Source: Dehalococcoidia bacterium (GTDB lineage: Bacteria; Chloroflexota; Dehalococcoidia; Lucifugimonadales; UBA3495). From it: 64,000 nt of DNA. Position numbers and translations under genes: made by a program. The DNA lies in assembly GCA_965208015.1 (NCBI GenBank), contig OZ242309.1, positions 800,247-864,246 on the forward strand, read 5' to 3'. A model generated the notes under the pieces. That model did no database searches, was not told the origin of the DNA, and saw only the letters and a program-made list of their open reading frames with translations. Each line of letters starts with the position of its first letter. Positions within the stretch are counted from its first letter, which is position 1. Positions 17,961 through 28,108 of this stretch are shown in pieces.

Positions 17961-19910
17961 CTATTCACGCACGCCCTTCACGTATTCCAGGTAGATGAAT
18001 GTCCCGTTATTGGGGCCAAGGAAGACATACTCGGCCACGATATCGGGGTCAATGGTGGCGCTGATGGGAAGTGTCCAACCCGGTATCACGCCAACCTGCT
18101 CGTAGATCTCGTCCGAGACCTTCTGCCACAAGTGCGTAGCATCTGATTCATTCAACGCCCGGAGAGCTTGTTCCTTGTAGTTCTGGATGTCGTCGCTGGT
18201 GTACATGCGGAAGAAGCGTTCCGCGCTGTAGTAAAAGTGGACGCGGGTGTCGATGGGCGCGGCCGGACCGCGGTGCGGATAGATGCAGCAGTCGGTGTTG
18301 AGACCGCGATACTCGTTGCGCCAGTTGGAGAACTCGATGGGTTCAATTGTTGGCTCCAACCCGATCTGAGACCAGTACGCGGACATCGCCTCCAGCATAT
18401 CCGGGATCTCAGGAACCCCGCCCAGCGGATACGAAATCACTCGGAACGAGAACCCGTTGGGGAATCCGGCCTCGGCCAGCAATTGTTTCGCGGCCTCGGG
18501 GTCATAGCCGTAATATTCGTCCCACTTGTCTTCCCATGCCGGGTTGTATCCGGCCGGGAAGTCGGGCACGATGCCGCCGATCCAATGGTGTTCGCCGGCG
18601 CCTCCGAAGATGGCTTCGTTGATGGCGTCGCGGTCGATCGCCTTGTTCATTGCGATGCGAACCGTCCGCCCCGTCTCGCCCGGAATGCTCCACGGCAATT
18701 CTTCGTCCCGATGGTTCACGATGTCGTATTCCTCCACGTACCCTTCCGGTGTTTCGCCCGTGGAGTAGTACAAACCGCCAAAGATAGCCCAGGCCATGGT
18801 GGCCGTAACCGAGGAGTCGACCACTTCAAGGCCGTCATCTATCGCATCCTGCAGCAGCGCCCGGTTTACCGACCCGATGTGAGCCTCCCGGGCCTGCATG
18901 ATCGCCAGCCGGGTAGCCGGTTCCCTGACGTCCTTGATCTCGATTTCGGCGAAATCGGGGTTCACACGCCAGTGGTCATAGTCCACGCGCTTCCATTCCC
19001 AGCCGACGCCCTCTTCAAAGCTCACGTACTCGTAGGGACCGGTTCGGGCTGATTTCTCCGCCACCAGGTCCCGGCTTGCCAGGCAGTAACCCAAGTCAAG
19101 ACCTGATTCGTTGCTTCCGTAGTCTGCGGCGCCATTGGGGCAGGCTTGGTCCCACTGGGCCTTGCTGCTGATGGGCATGCCGCGGAAGCCGGAGAGCCAA
19201 TAGACAAAGTCCACGGCGGGCCGCTTCTGCATCACCATGTTCAGCTCGTAGTCGTTCACGATTTCCACAGCGGCGCCCGGGTTGGACCGGAAGTAGTCTG
19301 AATAGGAAGCGCGGCAATCGGGATTGGTGTAGTAGGCAAGAGAATTCTGCACGTCCCCGGCGGTGAACTCGCCCCAATCGTCATGCCACCGGACGCCCTG
19401 GCGCAACTTGAAATTCCAGATCATTCCATCATCTGAAATGCTCCACTCCGTAGCCAGCGTCGGTTCGTATTCACCGTTATAACGATTTGCGTCGATCATG
19501 AACTCCATGGACATTCGGTAATTCACCACGCCCGAACCGGTCACCTCGCAGTCCAGCATAGATTCCAGTGAAGGCGGGTCCAACACCACGATGAGCCGTT
19601 CCGTAACCAACTCTCCCTCCTGTTGAGTTGGCTCGGCGGTCGGCCTGGGCGTGGCCCCCAATACGGACGCGCGTTGCGTCGGAGTGGGCAGGACGGCGCC
19701 GCTTGCCGCCGGCGTATTGGTCGCCCGCACTACCGGAGTATTCGTGGGAGCCGCAACCTGCGGGGCGGCCGCAGCTGGAGCAGTTGGAACGGCTGGAGCC
19801 GCCGGAGCGGCCGTTTCCTGGGCTCCGCCGCATCCTACGAGGAAAGTCGTGAGGGCCAAGGTGGCAATCAAAGCGATTGCCGGAAATTTCAGTGCCCATC
19901 TAATTGACAT
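17961..19910 (-). CDS. ABC transporter substrate-binding lipoprotein (family 5), paralogue 1
   Basis: Lipobox LVGCGG after the signal peptide (start MSIRWALKF at 19910), about 100 aa of Pro/Ala/Thr-rich linker, then an SBP_bac_5-like body. Confidence 0.85.
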   Translation of the reverse strand: MSIRWALKFPAIALIATLALTTFLVGCGGAQETAAPAAPAVPTAPAAAAPQVAAPTNTPVVRATNTPAASGAVLPTPTQRASVLGATPRPTAEPTQQEGELVTERLIVVLDPPSLESMLDCEVTGSGVVNYRMSMEFMIDANRYNGEYEPTLATEWSISDDGMIWNFKLRQGVRWHDDWGEFTAGDVQNSLAYYTNPDCRASYSDYFRSNPGAAVEIVNDYELNMVMQKRPAVDFVYWLSGFRGMPISSKAQWDQACPNGAADYGSNESGLDLGYCLASRDLVAEKSARTGPYEYVSFEEGVGWEWKRVDYDHWRVNPDFAEIEIKDVREPATRLAIMQAREAHIGSVNRALLQDAIDDGLEVVDSSVTATMAWAIFGGLYYSTGETPEGYVEEYDIVNHRDEELPWSIPGETGRTVRIAMNKAIDRDAINEAIFGGAGEHHWIGGIVPDFPAGYNPAWEDKWDEYYGYDPEAAKQLLAEAGFPNGFSFRVISYPLGGVPEIPDMLEAMSAYWSQIGLEPTIEPIEFSNWRNEYRGLNTDCCIYPHRGPAAPIDTRVHFYYSAERFFRMYTSDDIQNYKEQALRALNESDATHLWQKVSDEIYEQVGVIPGWTLPISATIDPDIVAEYVFLGPNNGTFIYLEYVKGVRE

Positions 19911-19998
19911 GTGCTCTCTCCAAGTTCGCATTCCGTTGGAACTCCTTGATGCGACCAGCGTGCGGCAGCAACAGTCCCCACCATTCGGTAGCGTACGC

Positions 19999-20028
19999 AA
20001 TATAGGTAAATTCGTTAATCCGAGTCAA
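19999..20028 (-). promoter_or_regulatory. sigma70-like promoter TTGACT-18-TATATT for binding-protein gene 1
   Basis: Read on the minus strand: TTGACT (20028..20023), 18-nt spacer, TATATT (20004..19999). The homologous arrangement is conserved upstream of paralogue 2. Confidence 0.45.
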
Positions 20029-20269
20029 ACGCGATCCAATGTGCGTGTTGTACGAAAATCGTAATGTTTCAGTGACAAAAAGCAGTGATACGTACGATAA
20101 TTGCGAAACAGATAGGGAAGTACCGTTGATGATGACGGTATCTCAATGGCCCAACATCATTGTCGTAAATAAATAATATGGCGTGCCGCGATATATTGTC
20201 ATCAGCGATAATAAAATCAGCGCGACGGTGTCGGTGAAACCATTCGATTCTTCAGGGTGATACGCTGCT

Positions 20270-20312
20270 TGCCCCCTGACGCCACATCCTCGGCGCAGCG
20301 TCAGGGGGCAAC
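20270..20312 (-). terminator. perfect 14-bp hairpin downstream of binding-protein gene 2
   Basis: TTGCCCCCTGACGC / GCGTCAGGGGGCAA with a 15-nt loop, 28 nt after the stop at 20340. No U tract on the minus strand. Confidence 0.5.
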
Positions 20313-20339
20313 GCTTCTTCCATCGTTTGCCGTCAGGCG

Positions 20340-22298
20340 CTACTCACGCACGCCCTTCACGTACTCGAGGTAGATGAAGCTGCCCTGGTTCGGGCCCAGG
20401 AAGACGTACTCGGCCACCACGTCCGGGTCGATGGTTGCGCTGATCGGCATCGTCCACCCGGGGATAGTTCCCACTTCGTAGAAGATTTCATCCGAGACTT
20501 TTCGCCAGTCCTCCGTAGCGTCGGCTTCGTTCAGAGCCCTCAGCGCCTTGTTCTTGTGCTCCTGGATGGCGTCGCTGGTGTACGCCCGGAAGAAGCGCTC
20601 AGCGCTGAAGTAGAAGTGGACCCGAGTGTCGATGGGCGCGGCCGGCCCGCGGAACCCATAGATGCAGCAGTCGGTGTCCAGGCCTCGGTAATTGTTGCGC
20701 CAGTTGGAGAACTCGATGGGATCCAGTTCCGGCTCGAGGCCGATCTCAGACCAGAACTTGGCCATGGCTTCCATCTGGTCCGGCAGTTCCGGTACCCCGC
20801 CCAGGACGAACACCGGAACGCGGAATGAGAAACCTTCCGGATATCCTGCCTCAACCAGCAATTCGCGGGCCTTTTCCGGGTCGTACCCGTAGAGCTCGTC
20901 CCACTTGGCCTCCCAATCTGGGTTGAAACCGGCGGGGAAGTCGGGGACCAGGGTGGCAACCCATTGCCGCCCGCCAACGCCACCGTAGATGGCTTCGTTG
21001 ATCTGGTCGCGGTCGATGGCCTTGTTCATCGCCATGCGGACCAGCTTGCCGGACTCGGTGGGCTCGTTCCAGGGCATCATCTCGTCACGCGCGGCAACGA
21101 TGTCGTAGCTCGACCGGATCTCCGCCTGTTTTTCAGCGGACACGTCCGCGGGCACGCCCGTAGCGCCGGTGGAGAAGTACATTCCGCCGAACAGAGCAAA
21201 AGCCGTAACCGACCGCACGGAACTGTCCACCACCTCCAGGCCGTCGTCCACGGCGTCCTGGATGAGGGCCCGGTTGATGGTCGCAATGTGGGCTTCACGA
21301 GCCTGCATGATGGCCAGACGGGTGGCGGACTCCCGCACGTCCTTGATTTCAATCTCGGCGAAATCGGGGTTCACGCGCCAGTGGTCGTAGTCCACCCGTT
21401 TCCATTCCCAGCCCACGCCCTCTTCAAAGCTGACGAATTCGTAGGGGCCGGTGCGCGCGGATTTCGCCGCCACTTTGTCCCGGCTCTGGATGCAATAGTT
21501 CAAGGGCAGGCCGGCCTCATTGTTGCCGTAATCGGCTTCGCCGTTGGGGCATTCCTGGTCCCACTGGGCCTTGCTGCTGTGGGGGATACCGCGGTACCCG
21601 GAGTACCAGTAGACGAAATCAACGGCAGGGCGAAGCTTCATGTGGATGTTGACTTCGTAGTCGTTGACGACTTCTACCTCACCCCCCGGGTCGCTGCGGA
21701 AATAGTCCGAGTACGAAGCCCGGCAGTCGGGGTTGGTGTAGTACGCCATGGAATGCACCACGTCCTTGGCGGTGAACTCGCCCCAGTCGTCATGCCAGCG
21801 CACTCCCTGACGGAGCTTGAAGTTCCAGGTCCGGCCGTCGTCGCTGATGCCCCATTCCGTCGCCAGCATGGGTTCGTATGAACCATCGAAACGGCTGGCG
21901 TCCACCATCCACTCCGCGGACATGCGGTAATTGAGCACTCCGGAGCCCGTAACCTCACAGTCCAGCATCGACTCCAGAGACGGCGGGTCTGCAACCAGGA
22001 TCAGCCGATCGGTGACCAACTCGCCTTCCAGTTGCGGCGCCAGGGTCGGCCGGGGCGTGGCCTGCAAGACGGAGGCGCGCTGCGTCGGGGTCGGCTCCGC
22101 GTCGCCGGCGGTCGGCGTATTGGTCGCCCGCACCACTGGCGTGTTGGTGGGCGCGGCAACCTGCGGAGCAGCCGTGGCCGCGGGAGCCGCCGGCGCGGCC
22201 GATTCCTGCGCTCCCCCACACGCCACAAGGAAGGCGGTGAGCGCCAGGATCGTCATCAGTGCGATTGCCGGAAGTTTCAAGTGCCGTCTGATTGACAT
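20340..22298 (-). CDS. ABC transporter substrate-binding lipoprotein (family 5), paralogue 2
   Basis: MSIRRHLKLPAIALMTILALTAFLVACGG lipobox and the same linker and body as paralogue 1, with long identical runs such as VDYDHWRVNPDFAEIEIKDVRE. GGAGGA RBS. Confidence 0.85.
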   Translation of the reverse strand: MSIRRHLKLPAIALMTILALTAFLVACGGAQESAAPAAPAATAAPQVAAPTNTPVVRATNTPTAGDAEPTPTQRASVLQATPRPTLAPQLEGELVTDRLILVADPPSLESMLDCEVTGSGVLNYRMSAEWMVDASRFDGSYEPMLATEWGISDDGRTWNFKLRQGVRWHDDWGEFTAKDVVHSMAYYTNPDCRASYSDYFRSDPGGEVEVVNDYEVNIHMKLRPAVDFVYWYSGYRGIPHSSKAQWDQECPNGEADYGNNEAGLPLNYCIQSRDKVAAKSARTGPYEFVSFEEGVGWEWKRVDYDHWRVNPDFAEIEIKDVRESATRLAIMQAREAHIATINRALIQDAVDDGLEVVDSSVRSVTAFALFGGMYFSTGATGVPADVSAEKQAEIRSSYDIVAARDEMMPWNEPTESGKLVRMAMNKAIDRDQINEAIYGGVGGRQWVATLVPDFPAGFNPDWEAKWDELYGYDPEKARELLVEAGYPEGFSFRVPVFVLGGVPELPDQMEAMAKFWSEIGLEPELDPIEFSNWRNNYRGLDTDCCIYGFRGPAAPIDTRVHFYFSAERFFRAYTSDAIQEHKNKALRALNEADATEDWRKVSDEIFYEVGTIPGWTMPISATIDPDVVAEYVFLGPNQGSFIYLEYVKGVRE

Positions 22299-22385
22299 GG
22301 TCTTCCTCCAGATTCGCGTTCAACCGTGTACCTTGACGCGATCCACGCGCGGCAGCGCCTACTCGGATCGCTCAAGAGCATAGGC

Positions 22386-22415
22386 ACTATAGGGAATTTC
22401 AATCAGCCCAGTCAA
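22386..22415 (-). promoter_or_regulatory. sigma70-like promoter TTGACT-18-TATAGT for binding-protein gene 2
   Basis: On the minus strand: TTGACT (22415..22410), 18-nt spacer, TATAGT (22391..22386). Positionally homologous to the promoter at 19999..20028. Confidence 0.45.
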
Positions 22416-22523
22416 TCGCATTTTTGCCAATATTAGACACGATAACCGACGCATAATAGCCATGATATAACAGTATTCGTCTCAAACTATCGAAAAACCG
22501 CCAATATTGACGCTGTCAGTTAC

Positions 22524-22542
22524 GACAATATAATATATTGTC
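22524..22542. promoter_or_regulatory. perfect 19-bp palindrome, candidate operator
   Basis: GACAATATA-A-TATATTGTC inside an AT-rich island about 110 bp upstream of the -35. The half-site TATATTGTCAT recurs at 20192..20202. Confidence 0.4.
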
Positions 22543-22682
22543 ATTGGGATTACGAATACGCAATATTTATTCTTGCAATGTATCACTAAAGGCGATACAA
22601 ATGATGCCGCGGCGGCTATCCACACTTGGCAGGTGGACCAACCGCCGCGGCAGCCGATGAGCTTGCCGAGCGTGATGCAGCG

Positions 22683-23525
22683 CTACATCACCGCCTCCGC
22701 GATCCGGTCGATTTCATCCAGCGCACTGGCGTCGGTCGTGTCGCCCAGCCTGATGATCACTCGGTTGGCGCCAGCATCTTCGAACCGGGAGAGCGTGTCG
22801 CGATCCGGGGCTTGACCGAATACGGTGATGTCGATTCCCGATGGATCTCTGCCGGAGGCCTCGGCCAACTCTTCGATAGCGGCCTTGCCGGCGGCGATCT
22901 GCTCGGGGCTGGCCGCAGTGGGCATCCAGCCGTCACCCCATCGAGCGACTCGGCGGAAGACGTTGCGCGCGTTGCCGCCCAGAAGCACCGGAGGGCCACC
23001 CTCCTGGGCCGGCTTCGGATTGCACTGAACCGGCGGGAAATCGTAGTACTGGCCGTGGTATTCGGCGGCGTCCTGCGTCCACAGCGCGCGCATGACCTCG
23101 ATGGCCTCCCGGGCTTGCGTCCACCGATGATCGAAGTCGCCGCCCATGATCTCCGTTTCCTCGCGCAACCATCCGGTGCCGATCCCCAGGATAAATCGCC
23201 CGCCGGAAAAACGGTCCAGGGTCGATATGGCGCCGGCGAGAACCAGCGGGTTGCGTTCCGGAATGAGCGTGATGCCTGTACCCAACTTGATCCGGCTCGT
23301 TACCGCCGAGGCTCGGGCGAGCCCAATATAAGGATCACCCATGTCCGCCATGTACGGAGGGATGGAGCCGTCCGGCGAACCGGGATATTTCGATGCCGGA
23401 TTGACCGGCATGACCGGATGCTCGGGCAACCAAATGGACTCAAACCCGGCGTTTTCAGCCCGCGCGGCAATGTCCGCCACGTCGATCGAGTTGGTCGAGA
23501 TTGACATATTCAAACCGATGTCCAT
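22683..23525 (-). CDS. LLM-class (luciferase-like) F420-dependent oxidoreductase
   Basis: AENAGFESIWLPEHPVMP, GTGWLREE and AEYHGQYYDFPPV fit the luciferase-like monooxygenase/F420 oxidoreductase family. ATG 23525 has GGAGG 5 nt upstream. Confidence 0.8.
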   Translation of the reverse strand: MDIGLNMSISTNSIDVADIAARAENAGFESIWLPEHPVMPVNPASKYPGSPDGSIPPYMADMGDPYIGLARASAVTSRIKLGTGITLIPERNPLVLAGAISTLDRFSGGRFILGIGTGWLREETEIMGGDFDHRWTQAREAIEVMRALWTQDAAEYHGQYYDFPPVQCNPKPAQEGGPPVLLGGNARNVFRRVARWGDGWMPTAASPEQIAAGKAAIEELAEASGRDPSGIDITVFGQAPDRDTLSRFEDAGANRVIIRLGDTTDASALDEIDRIAEAVM

Positions 23526-23683
23526 CGTTGCCTCCAGAGTCAATATCTAATGCCGTGTTCGGCCCGGATAATAGCACTGCGCCCGGCTCGCGTCCATGCG
23601 GCGGTATAGCCGCCCAGTGATATACTTGACGACAGATTTTTCTTTTCAACAACCATTGCACGTTCATAATCAGGAACTCTCCT

Positions 23684-24073
23684 ATGCCTCTGTACGTAAT
23701 GCTCGCCAGCTTCACGGGTCGCGGCCGGCGAATGGGCCAGGATAACCCCAATCTGCTGAGCGACGCCGCGAATGATGCAGAGACCCCCACCAGCAAGGTG
23801 CTGACGCAATACGCCGTGTTGGGACGCTACGATTTCGTCATCATCACCGAAGCACAGGACAACCAATCCGCCGCCAGGCTGTCGCTGGATCTGGGCGTGC
23901 GCGCCGGTTTGAACATCGAAACGCTTCCGGCGCTGCCCATCGGCGTCCTGTCTGATGAGGAACACATCAGCATCCTGCGGGATGTGGCGGTGGCCCTAAA
24001 CGTCCCCGGCGGTCCGGACGAAGCCGGCGAGGAAACCGACGATTCCTGGCGGCTGCCCGACGACCCGGACTGA
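23684..24073 (+). CDS. GYD domain protein with acidic C-terminal extension
   Basis: MPLYVML..., [26 protein letters not shown] matches the GYD family core. Confidence 0.7.
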   Translation: MPLYVMLASFTGRGRRMGQDNPNLLSDAANDAETPTSKVLTQYAVLGRYDFVIITEAQDNQSAARLSLDLGVRAGLNIETLPALPIGVLSDEEHISILRDVAVALNVPGGPDEAGEETDDSWRLPDDPD

Positions 24074-24103
24074 GCGGCTGCGAAACCGAAGGCGGTAACT
24101 GGT

Positions 24104-24901
24104 ATGGCCGATGCGCGCCCACCCACCGTAATGACCATCGCCGGCTCTGACTCGGGTGGCGGCGCCGGCATCCAGGCAGACCTGAAAACTTTCTCCGCGC
24201 TGGGCGTGTTCGGCACGTCCACCCTCACGGCGATCACCGCTCAAAATACCGTGGGCGTCAGCGCGGTGCACGAGATCCCCACCGACGTCATCACCGCACA
24301 AATTGACGCCGTGGTCACGGACATCGGAGCCGACGCGGTCAAGACCGGCATGTTGTCGTCCAGTGAGATTGTGGAAACGGTCGCCGATGCCATCCGACGG
24401 CACGGCATCGCCAATCTGGTGGTTGACCCGGTTATGGTTGCCAAGAGTGGGGATCGTCTCCTGCGCGAAGAGGCTATCCAGTCCATCTGCAACTACCTGA
24501 TACCGCTGGCGGCCGTGGTCACTCCCAACATCCCGGAGGCAGAAGATTTGACGGGTCATGTCATTCGGTCCGATGAGGATGTGCGGGACGTCGCGATGCG
24601 CATCGTGGCCATGGGCGCGCGCTCGGTGGTGGTAAAAGGGGGACACCGGGACGGGCCGCCCACCGACGTTCTATATGATGGCAACGAATTCCAGGAGTTC
24701 ACCACAGAGCGCATCCAGTCCACGAACACCCACGGCACCGGCTGTACGTTCGCCTCTGCCGTGGCCGCCGGGCTTGCCCACGGGCTGGACGTGCCCGCGG
24801 CGGTGGCCCAAGCTAAGGATTACGTGACCGCCGCCATTCGCGCCTCCTATCCGATAGGCCAGGGCCATGGTCCGTTACACCACTTCCACGCGTATTGGTG
24901 A
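24104..24901 (+). CDS. thiD: hydroxymethylpyrimidine/phosphomethylpyrimidine kinase
   Basis: [31 protein letters not shown] and [11 protein letters not shown] motifs. Confidence 0.9.
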   Translation: MADARPPTVMTIAGSDSGGGAGIQADLKTFSALGVFGTSTLTAITAQNTVGVSAVHEIPTDVITAQIDAVVTDIGADAVKTGMLSSSEIVETVADAIRRHGIANLVVDPVMVAKSGDRLLREEAIQSICNYLIPLAAVVTPNIPEAEDLTGHVIRSDEDVRDVAMRIVAMGARSVVVKGGHRDGPPTDVLYDGNEFQEFTTERIQSTNTHGTGCTFASAVAAGLAHGLDVPAAVAQAKDYVTAAIRASYPIGQGHGPLHHFHAYW

Positions 24902-24997
24902 ATTCGACCCTGCGCTATAATCGTGTCTCAGTCAGGTTTTTTAGGTTTTCGACCAGCGCGCGAGACCCCTTGCGCGGAACGATGAGGTATTGCAGCC

Positions 24998-27900
24998 ATG
25001 CCTGCTTTTGACGTGGTTTCCAGCCGGGTCAGCTTCCCGGAACTCGATGCCGAAATCCTCGATTACTGGAAGGAGCGCGACGTGTTCCGCAGGTCCATTG
25101 ATGACCGGCCGGACGCTCCCCTCTTCATGATGTACGAGGGCCCGCCCACCGCCAACGGCAGCCCCGGCATACACCACGTGCTGGCCCGCGTCTTCAAGGA
25201 CGTCATATCCCGCTATCGCACGATGAAAGGTTGCCGGGTGATCCGCAAGGGCGGCTGGGACACTCACGGCCTGCCCGTGGAGCTCCAGATTGAGCAGGAG
25301 CTCGGCCTGTCGTCCAAGCGGGAGATCGAGGAGTTCGGCATCGCCGAGTTCAACCGGCGCTGCCGCGAGAGCGTTTTCCGGTTCGTTAAAGAATGGGAGG
25401 TCATGACCGACCGCATCGGCTACTGGGTCGACATGGACGATCCCTACGTCACCCTGGAAAACGACTACATCGAAACCGGATGGTGGATCCTCAAGCAGCT
25501 GTGGGATCGCGGCCTGCTCTACCAGGATCGTCGGGGGGCTCCTCATTGCCCCCGCTGCGTTTCCAGCCTGTCCTCCCACGAGGTCGCGCTGGGATACCGG
25601 GAAAATACTCCAGACCCTTCAACGTTTGTAACCTTCGAGGCGATGAAGTGGCTGGATGGCGACGCGCCGGATATCCCCTCCTACTTCCTGGCGTGGACCA
25701 CGACGCCGTGGACGCTGCCTGGCAACACCGCTCTGGCGGTGAGCGAGGATGCGGATTACTCCATCGTCGAAACCGCCAACGCCGCCGGCGAAGCGATCCG
25801 GCTGGCCCTGGCCACCGCGCTGCTGGGCGTGTTGCACGGCGATTACACGGTCACGCAGGAGGTGAAGGGAAGCGACCTGATCGGCCTTCCTTACCGGCCG
25901 CTCTATGACGCCTCCGAATTCGGCACGCCAGTCCGCCAGTTCCTCGCCAACGCAGACGGCCAGATCTCGCTGGAAGACGTTGACTCCTACACAACGAAAG
26001 TCGTGTCAGCTGACTTCGTGAGCATGGATGACGGCAGCGGGATCGTGCACATCGCGCCGGCCTTCGGCGATGAGGACCTCGGCCTGGGGCGGGAACACCA
26101 GTTGGCTTTCGTGCAACCCGTCGACTTGCAGGGCGTTATCACCGGCAGCTATCCCTTCGCCGGCAAGTTCGTCAAGGACGCCGATCCGGAAATCCTCGCC
26201 GACCTGGAAGCTCGCGGCCTCCTGTACCACCAGGGTGTTTACCGCCATACGTACCCGTTCTGCTGGCGTTGCGATACCCCACTCCTCTACTACGCCAAGA
26301 CCTCCTGGTACATCCGAACTACCGCCGTCAAAGACCAACTGGTGGGCAACAATTCCCGGATCAACTGGTACCCGGAACACATCCGCGAGGGCCGATTTGG
26401 GGAGTGGCTGCGCAACAACGTGGACTGGGCCATCTCCCGCGAACGCTACTGGGGAACCCCGATACCCATCTGGCACTGCGACGGATGCGGCGAGATGGAT
26501 TGCGTCGGCGGTGTGAAGGAACTGTCGCAGCGCTGCGGTCGGGACCTGGATGATCTCGACCTCCATCGCCCTTACGTGGACGAAGTCGCCTGGCCATGCT
26601 CGACCGGTGACTGTCACGGGATGTTCCGGCGGATACCCGAGGTGATGGACTGCTGGTTTGACTCCGGCATGATGCCACTGGCCCAGTGGCACTACCCCTT
26701 CGAAAACCGCGACATCGAGACCGATGGTCGGCTGCCCGCCGACTACATCTGCGAAGCCGTCGACCAGACCCGGGGCTGGTTCTACAGCCTGCACGCCCTG
26801 TCCACCCTGCTCAAGGACGACGTCGCTTACCGCAACGTCATCTGCCTGGGCCTGATCCTGGACGGCCGCGGCCGCAAGATGAGCAAGCGCCTGGGCAACA
26901 TCGTCGAGCCCGACAGCATCCTGGATGCCCACGGCGCGGACGCTTTGCGGTGGTATCTGTTCACCGCGTCGCATCCGGGCGAGCCCCGGCGTTTCTCCGA
27001 CCGCCTGGTGCAGCAGACCCTTCGCCAGGTGCTGCTGACCCTGTGGAACGTCTATTCCTTCTTCACCAACTACGCGAACATCGACGAGTTTGAGCCGTCA
27101 CAGATACCCGAGGGCTGGCGACCGGAAGCCGAACTCGACCGCTGGATCCTGGCCGAGCTCAACCAGCTGGTCCAGGTAGTGGACGACCATCTCGACAACT
27201 ACAATCCCACCGACGCGGGGCGCCGCATCGCTGAGTTCATTGACGTGCTCTCGAACTGGTACGTCCGCCGCTCGCGCCGCCGCTTCTGGCGGTCGGAGAA
27301 CGACGCGGACAAGCTCGGCGCTTACGCCACCCTGTACCAGTGCCTGACCAACGTTGCCCGGCTCATGGCGCCGCTGGCTCCCTTCGTGTCCGAGCAGATG
27401 TACCGCAACCTGGAGTTGCGCTACCAACCCGATGCACCCGATAGCGTGCATCTGTCCGCCTACCCGGTGGCCGACACTTCGCTTATCGACCGGCCCATCA
27501 TGGACGCGACCCGCCTGGCGATTCGCGTATCCAGCATGGGTCGCGCGGCCCGCAGCAAGGCTGGCCTCAAGGTGCGCCAGCCATTGGCGGAAGTGGTTGT
27601 CAAGACCCGCAGCGACGCCGAGCTGCAGTATCTGGGGCAGGTGCGTCCGCAGATCCTCGAAGAACTGAACATCAAGGAATTGCGGGCCGCTGACGGCGCA
27701 GGTGATCTCTATGCCCAGGCCCAGGAACTCGCCAGCGACGACGGCGACACGGTGGTGTCGGTAGCCGGCTACTCTGCGGCTCTCGACTCAGGCTACATGG
27801 TCGCCGTTGACGCGCGCATCACGCCCGAACTGGCCGACGAAGGCCTGGCCCGTGAGCTGGCCCACCGGGTTCAAAACTTGCGGAAGAATGCTCGATTCGA

Positions 27901-28102
27901 GATCACCGATCGCATCGTCACTTATTATGACGGGCCGGAAGAGGTGACTCGCGTGATGACCGTGCATGGCGATTACATCAAGCAGGAAACCCTGAGCGAC
28001 GATCTGCTTGCCCCGGTCCCGGATGACACCGCCAAATCGGAAACGGCCCAGATCGAAGGTATGGAAGTCACACTGGGGGTGCGCCGCGCCAACGGCGCCT
28101 GA
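24998..28102 (+). CDS. ileS: isoleucine--tRNA ligase (type 2)
   Basis: PPTANGSPGIHHV (HIGH region), KMSKRLGN, a CP1 editing insertion, and length and C-terminus typical of type-2 IleS. Confidence 0.95.
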   Translation: MPAFDVVSSRVSFPELDAEILDYWKERDVFRRSIDDRPDAPLFMMYEGPPTANGSPGIHHVLARVFKDVISRYRTMKGCRVIRKGGWDTHGLPVELQIEQELGLSSKREIEEFGIAEFNRRCRESVFRFVKEWEVMTDRIGYWVDMDDPYVTLENDYIETGWWILKQLWDRGLLYQDRRGAPHCPRCVSSLSSHEVALGYRENTPDPSTFVTFEAMKWLDGDAPDIPSYFLAWTTTPWTLPGNTALAVSEDADYSIVETANAAGEAIRLALATALLGVLHGDYTVTQEVKGSDLIGLPYRPLYDASEFGTPVRQFLANADGQISLEDVDSYTTKVVSADFVSMDDGSGIVHIAPAFGDEDLGLGREHQLAFVQPVDLQGVITGSYPFAGKFVKDADPEILADLEARGLLYHQGVYRHTYPFCWRCDTPLLYYAKTSWYIRTTAVKDQLVGNNSRINWYPEHIREGRFGEWLRNNVDWAISRERYWGTPIPIWHCDGCGEMDCVGGVKELSQRCGRDLDDLDLHRPYVDEVAWPCSTGDCHGMFRRIPEVMDCWFDSGMMPLAQWHYPFENRDIETDGRLPADYICEAVDQTRGWFYSLHALSTLLKDDVAYRNVICLGLILDGRGRKMSKRLGNIVEPDSILDAHGADALRWYLFTASHPGEPRRFSDRLVQQTLRQVLLTLWNVYSFFTNYANIDEFEPSQIPEGWRPEAELDRWILAELNQLVQVVDDHLDNYNPTDAGRRIAEFIDVLSNWYVRRSRRRFWRSENDADKLGAYATLYQCLTNVARLMAPLAPFVSEQMYRNLELRYQPDAPDSVHLSAYPVADTSLIDRPIMDATRLAIRVSSMGRAARSKAGLKVRQPLAEVVVKTRSDAELQYLGQVRPQILEELNIKELRAADGAGDLYAQAQELASDDGDTVVSVAGYSAALDSGYMVAVDARITPELADEGLARELAHRVQNLRKNARFEITDRIVTYYDGPEEVTRVMTVHGDYIKQETLSDDLLAPVPDDTAKSETAQIEGMEVTLGVRRANGA

Positions 28103-28108
28103 CCGGTC

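Noticed and set aside
23544-24103. TPP riboswitch upstream of thiD (also checked upstream of thiE at 6695..7517)
   Set aside because: No CUGAGA or ACCUGAUCUGGAUAAUGCCAGCG-like THI-box elements are present. The regions are occupied by the GYD gene and the zinc-ribbon genes respectively.
24902-24997. T-box or other leader upstream of ileS
   Set aside because: Only about 75 nt lie between a TATAAT-like box (near 24916) and the start codon, which is far shorter than a T-box. No specifier-loop or T-box consensus sequence is visible, only a small CGCGC/GCGCG hairpin.
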